Source of the DNA: Botryllus schlosseri
Lineage: Eukaryota
Direction of reading: 5' to 3'
Length of the DNA stretch: 64,000 nt
NCBI GenBank assembly: GCA_051294905.1
Contig: CM119372.1
Span: forward strand, 5,644,001 to 5,708,000
The position numbers and the translations under genes are program-made. The notes beneath the pieces are model-generated. The model ran no database searches. It had not been told where the DNA came from and worked only from the letters and a program-made list of their open reading frames with translations. Below, in pieces: positions 52,907-64,000 of the stretch; the stretch's first letter is position 1; every line of letters begins with the position of its first letter.

Positions 52907-54309
52907 GGCCCTGTGGATATAAAGCTGTATCAGCTGTACCAGCTGTATCAGCTGTATCACTCTGTGGATATAAAGCTGTATCAGCTGTCTCACCCTGTGG
53001 ATATAAAGCTGTATCAGCTGTATCACCCTGTGGATATAAAGCTGTATCAGCTGTATCACTCTGTGGATATAAAGCTGTATCACCCTGTGGATATAAAGCT
53101 GTATCAGCTGTATCACCCTATGGATATAAAGCTGTATCAGCTGTATCAGCTGTATCACAGCTGTATCTCGATCTTATAGGCCGATTTTATCATGAATTAT
53201 TGAAAATTTTTGCGCTTCACGCTGGCTTACTAAACATTACAACAATAATTTCGTGGCAATAAAGCGAACAACGTGATGGGGGACGTTTTATCACCGTATA
53301 AGAGCCCAAGATACCAGGTTTTTGGGGAGCCTGACGAAGTGCTGTTTCGTTCCTGCCAACGGGTATACACACCCGGTGACCCGGAGATGTTTAATTAATT
53401 ATTATTCGAGGGCTCCTACCTTTTGAGGCACACCTCACTCAGCTCTACCAGCAGCCGGTAGCCTAAATTAGATTACGTGAGCAGAGAGACGTTATAAAAA
53501 TTGATAGCAATCTATATGCAATTCCCGATCATATATTGACCGACTCAATCATGAAATATAGAAATTTCTCTTTCTTCGCGCGTGTGGGCGAGTAGAGCTG
53601 ACTCACTAAATGTGTGACAGCCTACTAGACTATTTCGCACATCCCAGACATAGTATAGACCTGATACTAATTGCAGAGTGATACCTGGGTGAATCTCGGT
53701 ACGGCTTGTCTATAATAGTGGTTCACCACCTTTTTTTTTGACGCGCCCCCCTTTTTGATAGTGAAAAATTTCGCACCCCCCTTATTGTCATATCACAAAA
53801 TCCAACTGGGATGCTAGCAACCCCAACAGATTGTTTGGTGGTATGGTCGGTTATGAATGTTGATGAGAGAATAAAAAATATGAAATTGGGTCTATATAGA
53901 GAGAAACACACCTGCATTGGAGGCAAATCGCGCTCTCCAGGTTGAGAACCCCTGGTCTATAATATGGGAGCAGCGATGATTCTCAAAGTTAAAAGTAATT
54001 AAAAAAATAATAATAAAAAAATCAAGAATTGTTTGAACACAAGACACAGATTCCATACAGGTAGAGTGATACAGCTGATAGAGCCGTGTTACAGCTGATA
54101 GCTGATACAGCTTTATATCCACAGGGTGATACAGCTGATGCCTGATACAGCTTTATATCCACAGGGTGATACAGCTGATACAGCTTTATATCCACAGGGT
54201 GATACAGCTGATACAGCTATATATCCACAGGGTGATACAGCTGATACAGCTTTATATGCACAGAGTGATACAGCTGGTACAGCTGATACAGCTTTATATC
54301 CACAGGGCC
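52907..54309. mobile_element. Foldback (MULE-like) element with minisatellite TIRs
   Basis: GGCCCTGTGGATATAAAGCTG termini; 9-bp TSD gtttgaaag; ~250-bp inverted arrays of a ~33-bp unit; interior made of MITE fragments. Confidence 0.92.
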
Positions 54310-55500
54310 GTTTGAAAGTGATGCATAAATATCGTAAAACACGTTTGAAAGGGCATTGTATTTCTTTATATTACGTCGTTTGTCTCAGTGAACGTTATTT
54401 CAATTCGATGCGGTCTTGACGTCCACGGCTATGGCTGCTCCAACATTTTCGGCAGCAAGTTTTAAAGACACTATACTGCAGTGTTTCATTAACATTTACC
54501 TATCCCAGACGACCCCTAAATGTTGCTGGGTGCTTGCGTATGCCCGTTACCACGACATTTGGGAAGTTCATCACTACAAAATGTTAACACTCCCATCCGA
54601 TTGTCATCATGGTGACTCATATTTCCATTATTAATTGCACCGATTGAAGAGACAATCTTTTTGAGATTAAGTTAATTCATAGGTTCTTAACCTTTATTTC
54701 CTGCGGCGCCCGTTCCGAAAGTCGCCAGGGTCTGCTCACCCCCCATCCACGGGGATTGTAGTAATTACCAAGGGTAGAGTTCGAAATCCAGTCGGTCTTT
54801 AAAGGTTGAGACTTCGCTTGAAATATCTTGAATCGCACCCCAGGACCACTCGACTAATTAATCATATGATAATTGTATGTGCTATATTCGGTATCAAATC
54901 AAGGTTGCTATAACAACCATCGGGTAAGGCGCATACCATCTGGTCGATTAACTTCAAGACGAATGTATTACAAACAATGCAACCCATATTTTATAATGTT
55001 CATGTAAGGCTGTGGGTCAAAACACTAAACAGCGCCACCTTTATGATACGATGAAGAAATAATCTGGAGACTTAATTTTGTAGTTCTCAAATACAAATAT
55101 GTTTAGGTAATGATTTTGACCAAAAAGATTTCAAACATATTTTCTGTACAGAGGACTCTCGCTCTTGAAAGTGGTACAGGATCTCTTTCTTCGATTTCGA
55201 AGCGCTATTCGCTGCGGGATAAAATACCTAGTTCGAAACATTTTGTGGAGAATAACCCGAGGTGGCGTGATGGGATTATTTTAACGGGGGATTAGCGACC
55301 TAAAAGTACGCGCAATTAAATTTAAATGAATTAAAATAATCCATTGCGTATACATGGAAACATATTGCAAACATTGTCGGCACATATTTCGCGCGCAGCG
55401 CGACGAAAAATTTCGTGATTTGACAGATTTTTTCGAATGTTAGTTTGCAATGAGAACTCAGATGGGAACTCAACATTGATATTATCATTTCAATATAAAG

Positions 55501-55667
55501 CCCAGCAGCAGGATATGTAGAAACGAGGATGGATGTTACTCGAAAACCACGCCCAAGCTGTTGCCTGCAATAGCAATCTTCCAATCTTGACAATAACCAG
55601 CCCAAACCGCGGCGACACGGGCAGATAAATGCGTGTTCTTGTCGGAGCATGATGTAATACACAATGG
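55501..55667 (+). pseudogene. Dead Ig-domain exon remnant
   Basis: PILTITSPNRGDTGR*MR resembles the Ig E-F strand LTI..DxGxYxC with TAA at Tyr and CGT at Cys; donor gtaaat near 55667. Confidence 0.5.
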
Positions 55668-56056
55668 TAAATAATTTGGCGCTTGCTGAATGTAGCCTAC
55701 GCAATATTGGGTGAGCGCAAAACCTATAATAAAAGCACCCGATCGCGTGTCTGGTGGTATTATCAACATACCATACCACTACTCACTCATCATCAGTAAT
55801 CCAATAAATAACTTGTGCTTACGTCTGAAGTCTGATGTTCGATTATTGGAAAATATTTTTGTCAGAAGTATGACAGATAGTGTGAAATTGTTATTAAATT
55901 TGCGGACACGATCGTTTACGATCATAGAATGAATAGTATATGCAGCGAACTATACTTGAATAGTATTAACAAAGGACAGTAGTGATTACAGATAGTGCGG
56001 TGTTATTTCGTCACTTCATCCACTGTAGAATCCCAATGTAATGTGTTGACTTAATG

Positions 56057-57514
56057 CAGTGGTTCTCAACCGGTGTGCCGCGGCACACTAGTGTGCCGTT
56101 TACGTCTCGCAAGTGTGCCGCGAGCGATTTCTTCAGAAGTTTGAAATTATGCGCAAAATAATTATAGTCTATCTATAGCAAACGATCAATAATGTAAATC
56201 GAGCTTGATGTGTACATAAATCAAAATTGATATTATGCCCGCAATCAGCACCCCCCTCGAATTCGCTTTACCGGGCAGATCGCGTGCCTTGAATGCTGAA
56301 TTCAGTTTTGCACAATACGTGATTGATCGCACGCAGGGAAGAGCAGACATGGCGGCGCCTGAGTGATAATTTAGTTTTCTAATCCTCACTGTCTCCCCAA
56401 TCACCAGCGATAAATCAACTTCTTTGGGATTGACGTTCGAGTTTATCAATTCGAATTTCAAACATTGCAATCCACATTGATTGTTAAGGTATCGTGCCGA
56501 CACTTCCGTTTAAATGTATACGCTGTGTTACTGTCGACGAATATTAGAATTTAGAAGTAATGTTGATCAAATTATATCAGTTAACAAACCTCTTCGTCGC
56601 TGAGGTTATAATCTTGGTTTGTTGGAAGTATAATTGAACTGCGGCTGGCTGCCTATCCTCACGCGTGGTACACGATCTGCGTGAAAATGTAATGTATAGC
56701 CTGGTATAGCCTACACCACTACGCCTCCGTATTCGTTAGTGGCGAGATGCTTGACCTCGTCGACCCAATGCGGCAGTAGGCAGGTTTATTTTCAAACAAA
56801 TCTTATGAAATCGTATCTAAGGGCAACTCGAGGTTTCTGTGAAGTCGTATATCAAAATCACCCCTATTATCTTCGTCTGAATACGCCATGTTTGTTGCAA
56901 TCACGAAGGAACAATAGTCTAGCCCAGTGGTTCCCAACCTTTTTTTAGACACGCCCCCTTTATGATAGTGAAAAGATTTCGCGCGCCCCTTATCGTCATA
57001 TCACAAAATCCAACCGGGATGCTAGCAACCTCAACAGATTGTTTGATGGTATGGAAGGTTATGACTGTTGATGAGAGAATTACAAAATATGAAATTCTGC
57101 CTATATATAGAGTAACACGCGTGAATTGGAGGTAAATCGCGCAGAGCGCAAAAACTATTTCCAGATGACCGCTTCTTCGCGCCCCCCATGTTGGGAACCA
57201 CTGGTCTAGCCCGAGGAACACGACGACTTCTATCACGGCTTGGTAAGGGACGCTTTACGTACAAAAGTTTACTTTTAGAATTATTAAAATGGAGAAGTTT
57301 ATTTTTTTTAAAAGGAAGTGCAGAAACATTTTGGATTGACTGCAGAGGTGGTCACATTAGTCGGCGTTACTAGTGGGTGCTAAATTCTAATAAGTATTCT
57401 GGTAGTTAGCAGGTGCCAAGCCAAAAAATTTCAGAACCACTATGCGATGGTGTGCCGCGAACTATTTTTCGTTTCCAAAGAGTGCCGCGAGGTCGAAAAG
57501 GTTGAGAACCACGG
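56057..57514. mobile_element. hAT (Buster-type) non-autonomous element
   Basis: CAGTGGTTCTCAACC...GGTTGAGAACCAC; TSD acttaatg/acttaatt; GTGTGCCGCG motifs. Confidence 0.85.
56925..57203. mobile_element. Nested hAT MITE
   Basis: CAGTGGTTCCCAAC...GTTGGGAACCACTG; TSD gtctagcc. Confidence 0.92.
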
Positions 57515-57733
57515 ACTTAATTGAATGCATCGCATCAATGCCCGATAAATACCGCAGCCGCCTGCAAGCAGTCATCAACTGGCAGTGCTATTGAGTAGTA
57601 GAGCTGACTATTGCTCGAAATCATCACCAAATACCAAACGCTCTTGCAAATGGAATTGGACTCAGCCTGCTTTTCGTTGAGCGCGACTTAAGTTTGAGTT
57701 CGAGGCGTGTCTTTAAATACGGTGGCCAAGAAT

Positions 57734-58699
57734 TAGGGATGGTGTGAACCTCTGAAAGTTTCAGGTTCGTGTCCACGCGAACCTTTTTAAAAGGTTCTGT
57801 GCGAACGCGAACATGAGCCTCATGACGTCACGTGACATCATTTTGCTAAATCCAGCCCTACATTTCAGTGACGTGTAGCCTATTAATGTGCACGATACCT
57901 AGCGACGACTCAGTCCACATAATGCCACAAAACTGAAGTACATGTTGCCGTTTTAAACTTCGCCGAATGCATGAACTAGGTTAATCAAATGATATAATAA
58001 TCCCGTAAAATCAGTCTCTTATGTCGAGTACTTGCAAGGGAATGCAAGCTTACGCCTTAACGGTATAGGCCAGAACGGACAAGGTATTCGGCGTCCGAGT
58101 ATTGGTACGTTGGTATTGAGCAGAGTGTAAAACGGGTTTCTAAACTTTCTGCCGATATTACCCCATTAACAAGTTATACCGCAGTTGCCAACACCCCAAT
58201 CGGTTTTTATGGTAGAATAAACATAAAAAGTCAAGATTGACCGCGTACGTCTGCTACATCTTTTTCATCAGACAGCGGAATTAATTTCACTGATTGGTTG
58301 AATAAGCATAATTCGCTGACTACCTGCATGTAGTGTAGTTCTCCCTTGATGCTGTGTGATTGCGGGTCAAGCTCACAGCAGAGAGTCACCAAATACTCAC
58401 AAACGGAAAGCTAGATATTTCCAGCCAACTTTTGTAACAAAGCACGTAACATTTTTGAGATTTTCAAGGTGCATGCTCGTTTAGTGTTGGTTGTTTTTTA
58501 TGCTGTCAGTGTCTTGTGGCCCGCAGTTGAAATGCACTAAATATCAAAGAAAGATGTTGTAATGAAGTGAAAATTGTAATATTATGAAAAAGGTTCACAG
58601 TGCAGAACCTACCAAGGATCGTTTGTGAACGTGAGCCTCTAAACTTCCGAGGTTCACACACAGAACGCGAACGTAAACCTCACGTTCACACCATCCCGA
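57734..58699. mobile_element. hAT MITE (right end also present at ~5790-5901)
   Basis: TAGGGATGGTGTGAAC...GTTCACACCATCCC; GAAC/GTTC motifs. Confidence 0.8.
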
Positions 58700-59096
58700 C
58701 CAGAAATGAATATATTTTCTTATTATTTATATGAGTATTGAGTGATCAACGAACATAGCTTCGGCACATGCATTGCAAATATGATATAGGTATCAGGTAG
58801 GCTACACCAATAAGCAGCTCTTCTGTGCTGCATGACCAATAATAATTCTTGGATTTTTGATTTGTTTATCATATACAGCAAGAAGTTCCGTACGGGTTGT
58901 TTCACGTGAAAACTTTATAAAGATTTTACAACTATTTTATTTTATTTTATTTCCTCTTCTTTTAGTAAACCGCCCCTATCATGATACCATCGCTATGTCG
59001 ACATATGACATCGCTATGTCGGCATATGCATCGCAAATATGATACAGGTATCACGTACACCAATAGGCAGTTCTTGTGTGCTGCATGACCCATAAT

Positions 59097-60993
59097 CAGC
59101 GTTGCCATCGACATGGACCCAAAAATAAGGACAGTCGAAATATTAGATAAGCATTAAAAACCGTTATTGTACATACGTTGTATTTATACGAGCCGTGGCA
59201 TATCACATTCCAGAAACAACCTGGTCCAGCGACTCCTTGTTATATGAGGTGCTTCATGGATCTCACGACAGCTCAGGTCTAGGTTTACCTTTACTTAGGG
59301 CCGAAACAGGACTTCGTCAGCCCCCCCCCAAACACGTTGATCTTGGGGCCCCCAGGTGGGGTGATAACTAAACTTCTTCACCTCGTTGTGATTTATGGCA
59401 TCAACCATGACGGAAAAGGCTGTACATCAAGTTTAGATGGAGCAAGAACTCCAGTATCAATGCTTGTAGTCTAGGTCCTTGCCAAAGCAAACTTCTTTGC
59501 TATGTTGTAATGTGGGAATATTGCTTAGAATAATTTCGATGTGCAATCGTTGGTGCGTAATGATTGCTGGTGTTTGCAGTATGGAATGCTCAGACACCCT
59601 CGGCAGCAGCTGCCTTGTAGTCTGTGGTCGTTGGTGCTGCTCGACTTAGACTGGCTCAAATAATCATTATGACACTCTTCTCGTGTTTTAGGCTATAAAT
59701 ATGAGTTGAAATACCGGTCTTTCCTACAGCCTCAATGCGTTAAACTGGTGATTCAGTACCTTTTGACCACTAGATAACATATATGCTGATTGCTTTCTGA
59801 TTGCCTCTACGTCTTGACTATTAAGTTCATACTGAGAGCTGGATGCGGTATCATCTTTGTTTGTTGTACCTGCGTTAACTCTGTTTTATTGCCGTATTGT
59901 ATTCAGATACATAAGCTTTAATTTTATGTTAATAAAATCCTAGGAACCGATCGCATTGCGTTCTATCAACGGGTACAACACTCAAGCTCCAGGTTAATGT
60001 CACAATCGCATTGTGCACCTCGCCCTTAAAGCTTCTTTTGATACCTTTGAATACTCTCTCATTATCTTTACGATAAGCGTTTTTACGCCTGCTCATTTAT
60101 CTACCAGATTTAGCCTTATTAATAGCTAACACTATATGTACAATATAATTTAGGTCAATTAATAATTATACTTTAGCTTCACTTTTCAACCCTAGTGTCG
60201 ACGCCCTTTTTCAGTACGCAATAAATGCTGCCTTCCCTGCAGGTTATTCTGCTTTGGACTAAACAGCAGAAACCTGGTAATGCTGTTTACAGTTAAAATG
60301 ACGTCCGCTGCGATAGCTTGGTACAGCCGAAACGGCTTCACCACTCACTGCCCTAACTTAGGGTTACCATATTTTGGAAATCTGAAAAGGACACTTTTTC
60401 AAAATTTTCAGAGTTGCAATACCGAAGGAAAGCCCTGAAAAATGGTACATTTTTCCCACTTCGTGGTAGGTTGACTACATAAATAAGGTCAACCTTCCTG
60501 CTCGGCTCACGAAATAGCCGCCGGAGCGTTACTTCAGTGGTCATTTACCGTGTGTCAGTCGTATTTTTCCCTATATCTAACCGAAATTCTCAAAAAAGAG
60601 GCAAAATCTCAAAAAAGATGACACAAGGGCGTCGTCAGAGGGCACTTTCAAAAAAGAGGACAAATCCTATTAAAAGAGGACGTATGGTAACCCTACCCTT
60701 GCTAAGCTGTCGCACCACTTCGAAGGTAAATCAAGTTACGCGTACGCCACGGGAGTTCCTTTCATTTATGAAGTCATAAAATCTGGACGTAAAAGCATAA
60801 TTTTAGAATATTATGCAACACCGATATACCAGAGGGAAATGATCGAAGTTCTATAGTTGTTGAAAATAAGACAAAATAAGGACGCAAGTCGAAATAAGGA
60901 CAAATCTTAGAAATAAGGACAGTTGAGTTTTCTAAGACGTGGCCCTTCAAAATAAGGACAAATCTTAGAAATAAGGACGGTATGGCAACCCTG
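59097..60993. mobile_element. hAT element with nested MITE (60359-60695)
   Basis: CAGCGTTGCCAT...ATGGCAACCCTG; TSD cccataat; AATAAGGAC repeats; inner TAGGGTTACCATA...TATGGTAACCCTA. Confidence 0.9.
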
Positions 60994-61328
60994 CCCATAA
61001 TTCTTTCGATTTTTGATTTATTTATCATAGTTCCGTACGGATTCGGATTCAGGTTGCTTCATGCAAAATTTATATACATTTTTACTACTATTTTAATTTA
61101 GTTTATTTTCTCTTCTTGTAGTAAACCGCCCTTATCATACCATCGCTATGTCGATGACACGTTCGTGATATTCAATAATGAATCTGGCTGTGACAGTTTC
61201 CAGGAAAATTTAAACAAATTACATCCAGCATTGCAATGCACGTCAGAAAAAGAGATTAGCAACCACCTGGCATTCCTTGATGTTCTTGTGAAGAAATGGG
61301 ATGGCCAATTGCTTACATTCATTTATAG

Positions 61329-62123
61329 CAGAGGTCTCAAACTCAAATGTGCTCGCGGGCCAATTTCCTACTTTTTGATGGCGGCGTGGGCCGCAGCACC
61401 AATAAAAGGGGTTCCGAGTAGGCCTTATATGACGGGACCTTACATACTGACATTCCACACGCATCGTGAAAATGTGATTGTGAATTCACGCGCACGCCTG
61501 GCACGAACAAAAAACCATTTTAAAATATTTAAATAAAATTGTTGCAGTATTTGGCATAGATGCTGTATATTTAGTTATGGGCACCATGCGAGGGTACAAA
61601 TGCATCAGGACATCGTAAAAGCTGTCGCGTTATAATTTTGCAGTTAGGGGACATTTGACGTGTCACAATTTCACAAGGATTGATCTGATATCAGAGCATT
61701 GGAGCATTACAGCCTAATCCGGGTTTCGGGCATAGGCCTACTCCTGATAACAGGGCTATACTGATCATGTCATTACCTAAGTCAAATCAAATCAGCGTTA
61801 GATTTACCTGGAATTATTGGAACAGATCTATAACAACTTGGATATGATGAGTACTGTGCCATAGTGATAGAAATGTCCAATCGCCGAAGTTTTCATTGAT
61901 CTTCCACTGTGTGGTAACTTTTGAGAGTGATATAATAGTGAAGTTTAATGAGTAGGCTATATAGGCTAGTTTCATGCTTCTGGAGTAGTTTTGAGGCAAA
62001 TTTCCAGTTTTCAAATTAAAAAAAAGATATTTGGCAGTTAAATATTGTCGAATACTTACAAATCCAAAATACCGTAGCGGGCCGCACAAAATGGTCTCGA
62101 GGGCCGCGTGTTTGAGACCGCTG
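61329..62123. mobile_element. hAT MITE inserted in the Penelope RT
   Basis: CAGAGGTCTCAAAC...GTTTGAGACCGCTG; TSD atttatag/gtttatag. Confidence 0.9.
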
Positions 62124-62349
62124 GTTTATAGGAAGCCCTGATTTTCAGGTCATTACCTTCGATGGGGCTCTTCCAGCCCCAAAAGTCGTAAAATCAATTT
62201 ATTCGGCACCTTGGTCCACCGGGCATGATGATTTGTTCCGAGGTAAAATTGAATAGTGAACTTGAGTACATCCGTAAAATGTTCATTGACAACGGATACC
62301 CTGGGCATGTTATCAAGCGGACAATAAATAATAGGTTAAGTCATCGAAC

Positions 62350-62570
62350 ACTAATATCCCCCAATCCCCAACCCTAATATCCCCCTCACCCTCACCCTAA
62401 TCTTGGGATACCCTAACCCCAACTTTCACCCTAAACCACCTCCAGTCTCCCCTAACCCAAACATCCCCCTTTCCCCAACCCTGATATCCCCCTCCCCAAC
62501 CCTAATTTCCATTAACCCTAACAGCCCCCAATCCTAATATCCCCCTCTCTCCAACCCTAATACCCCTCAC
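62350..62570. repeat. C-rich degenerate CCCTAA-containing minisatellite
   Basis: Recurring ccaaccctaatatcccc-like units. Confidence 0.75.
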
Positions 62571-63020
62571 AAAGGTACAAAATAATTATTTTATTTTGAC
62601 GTTTATAAACTTTTTGTCGTGTTTATGGGAAACATTTGTCGGTGCTGGCTCCTCTCCGCTCGTAAAACGAAGAAGCGCCCAAAAGTCTTCTATATTGGCA
62701 AACATTTACTAGAAAATCATACATCTGCCAACTATCACGAGGACATGCTCTCTATATTGGCTAAGGGTCGCAATTTATTTCATTTGTCTGTTCTTGAGTC
62801 CACCATCATCACCATGAGTAAACCCAGTCCATGCCAACATAATAAATTTGTGTATCATTTGAAAATAGCGCATTAACTTGTTTTACTTCGCTGTCTCCAT
62901 GCCAACGCTACAGTTCTCTCGTTTTTCTAACTTTGTATATTTTATGTGTGACGTCATAATTAGCAATATATATTGTTGTTTAACATAGTTATTCGAATTC
63001 TCGCAATATTGCTGACGATA

Positions 63021-63054
63021 TCCCCTGACGACGGTCAGCCGAAAATCTTCGGGA
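63021..63054 (+). ncRNA. Minimal hammerhead ribozyme motif (diverged)
   Basis: TCCC-CTGACGA-cggtcagcc-GAAA-ATCT-TC-GGGA; stem I covaries with the 5614 copy. Confidence 0.55.
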
Positions 63055-63132
63055 ATTAACATGAATATTTTATTCAAATGTGTTATGACATGTGTATAAA
63101 CGACGAATGACAATGTACCGTACATCCGACAG

Positions 63133-63399
63133 ATGACCTTTCTTTTTACGGCGATGCTGATGGTGGATGTAAAATCATCGCTCTTGACAGTGGCGACAAT
63201 GTGCTATGTCGGTCAGCATCGCACCAAAGTGTAACGTGGTGGTATGACGGAACGCCAGTGCCGGAGTATGGCTCAGGGAAACCTGTTGTACAAGCGGATG
63301 ATCGATTATACTTTTACGACTTCGTGACTGTGGATAATTCTGGTGATTACTACTGCAGGTCTCTATCAGAAGCAAAATTATTGCAAGTCTACATTGTAG
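63133..63399 (+). CDS. Intact Ig-superfamily domain exon (phase 1-1)
   Basis: ccgacag|..NVLCRSASHQSVTWWYDG..LYFYDFVTVDNSGDYYCRS..LLQVYIV G|gtaagt; 267 nt open; B-strand Cys, C-strand Trp and DxGxYxC-like motif. Confidence 0.85.
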
Positions 63400-64000
63400 G
63401 TAAGTCTATAGATAGACAATTTACTCATAGTTTCGGCATGCATTATTACATCACGCACAATTCAGCAGGTGCATCAAAAACGACTATAAAATATAATTCA
63501 TGACTATTGTAAACGTCTTGTTGTCCATAAAAACAATTATCAATTAGTTTGTGTTGGTTGATGAAATTAGTGCATTGTATTCCTAAGACCTACGCTCTTA
63601 TAAGCACCATAATTACAGTATCTTCTTGTCAAATAATATTTCTAATAATAATATCACACAGAACAGTGAGATTAATAAAATAAGAGTAGTTGCATATATG
63701 CTTAGTTGCTGACTTTGTACAGCAACTAAGCAAAGTTTAGTCCAAAGATGTATTTTTTCACCTCCATGTATTATTAGTTGGTAATTGTAGTCCAATATCG
63801 AATTTACTTACCAGTCTTATAAACGTTATTACCAATTCTGAATTAGACGATCGGCCTCACAACTACTATATCATATATGTACTGTGCAGCCCGCGGTCCC
63901 ATCTCGTAATTGATATCTGGATTGGACACCCCTTGCTTATCCTGCATCTGAAACACATGCGCACTGCGCAAGCTATATATTATCTCTGATACCATTAGCT

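Larger units (their letters stand above)
61121..63080 (+). mobile_element. Degraded 5'-truncated Penelope-like retroelement
   Basis: RYVDDTFVIF..LNKLHPALQCTSEKE..LAFLDVLV..IY|RKP (RT); IGKHLLEN..ILAKGRNLFHLSVLES (GIY-YIG C-terminus); pLTR with hammerhead. Confidence 0.88.

Noticed and set aside
52874..54419. Repetitive ORFs (IQLYIHRV / GYKAVSAVS / DTALYPQG) or a CRISPR-like array
   Set aside because: These are translations of foldback TIR minisatellites; there are no unique spacers or cas genes and the context is eukaryotic.
63613..63840. Minus-strand TM-like ORF with an upstream GTAAGT donor
   Set aside because: AT-rich DNA readily gives hydrophobic translations; at the window edge with no corroboration.

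Overview
Eukaryotic (metazoan) genomic DNA, moderately AT-rich, with ~60-nt introns and dense transposon content; the style fits an ascidian/tunicate, which is my inference. Most ORFs in the supplied track are spurious. Manual splicing suggests a decaying immune-receptor cluster. (i) The 3' part of a type-I membrane receptor (60-2941, +) whose cytoplasmic tail is built from symmetric phase-2 mini-exons carrying YxxI/L/V motifs. (ii) A convergent multi-exon, multi-TM pseudogene (9555->4926, -) with a paralogous exon fragment at 22.7 kb. (iii) A second + strand receptor with a signal-peptide exon (52630), a dead Ig exon (55.5 kb) and an intact Ig exon (63133-63399), lying head-to-head about 214 bp from a decayed - strand gene. 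This resembles the paired Fester-family/FcoR allorecognition receptors of botryllid ascidians, but no homology search could be run. The window also holds an 18-finger C2H2 ORF inside a longer decaying array, a truncated L1/Tx1 LINE, Penelope-like elements with minimal hammerhead ribozymes, two 9-bp-TSD foldback elements, piggyBac- and Tc1-type MITEs, tRNA-SINEs and many nested hAT MITEs.
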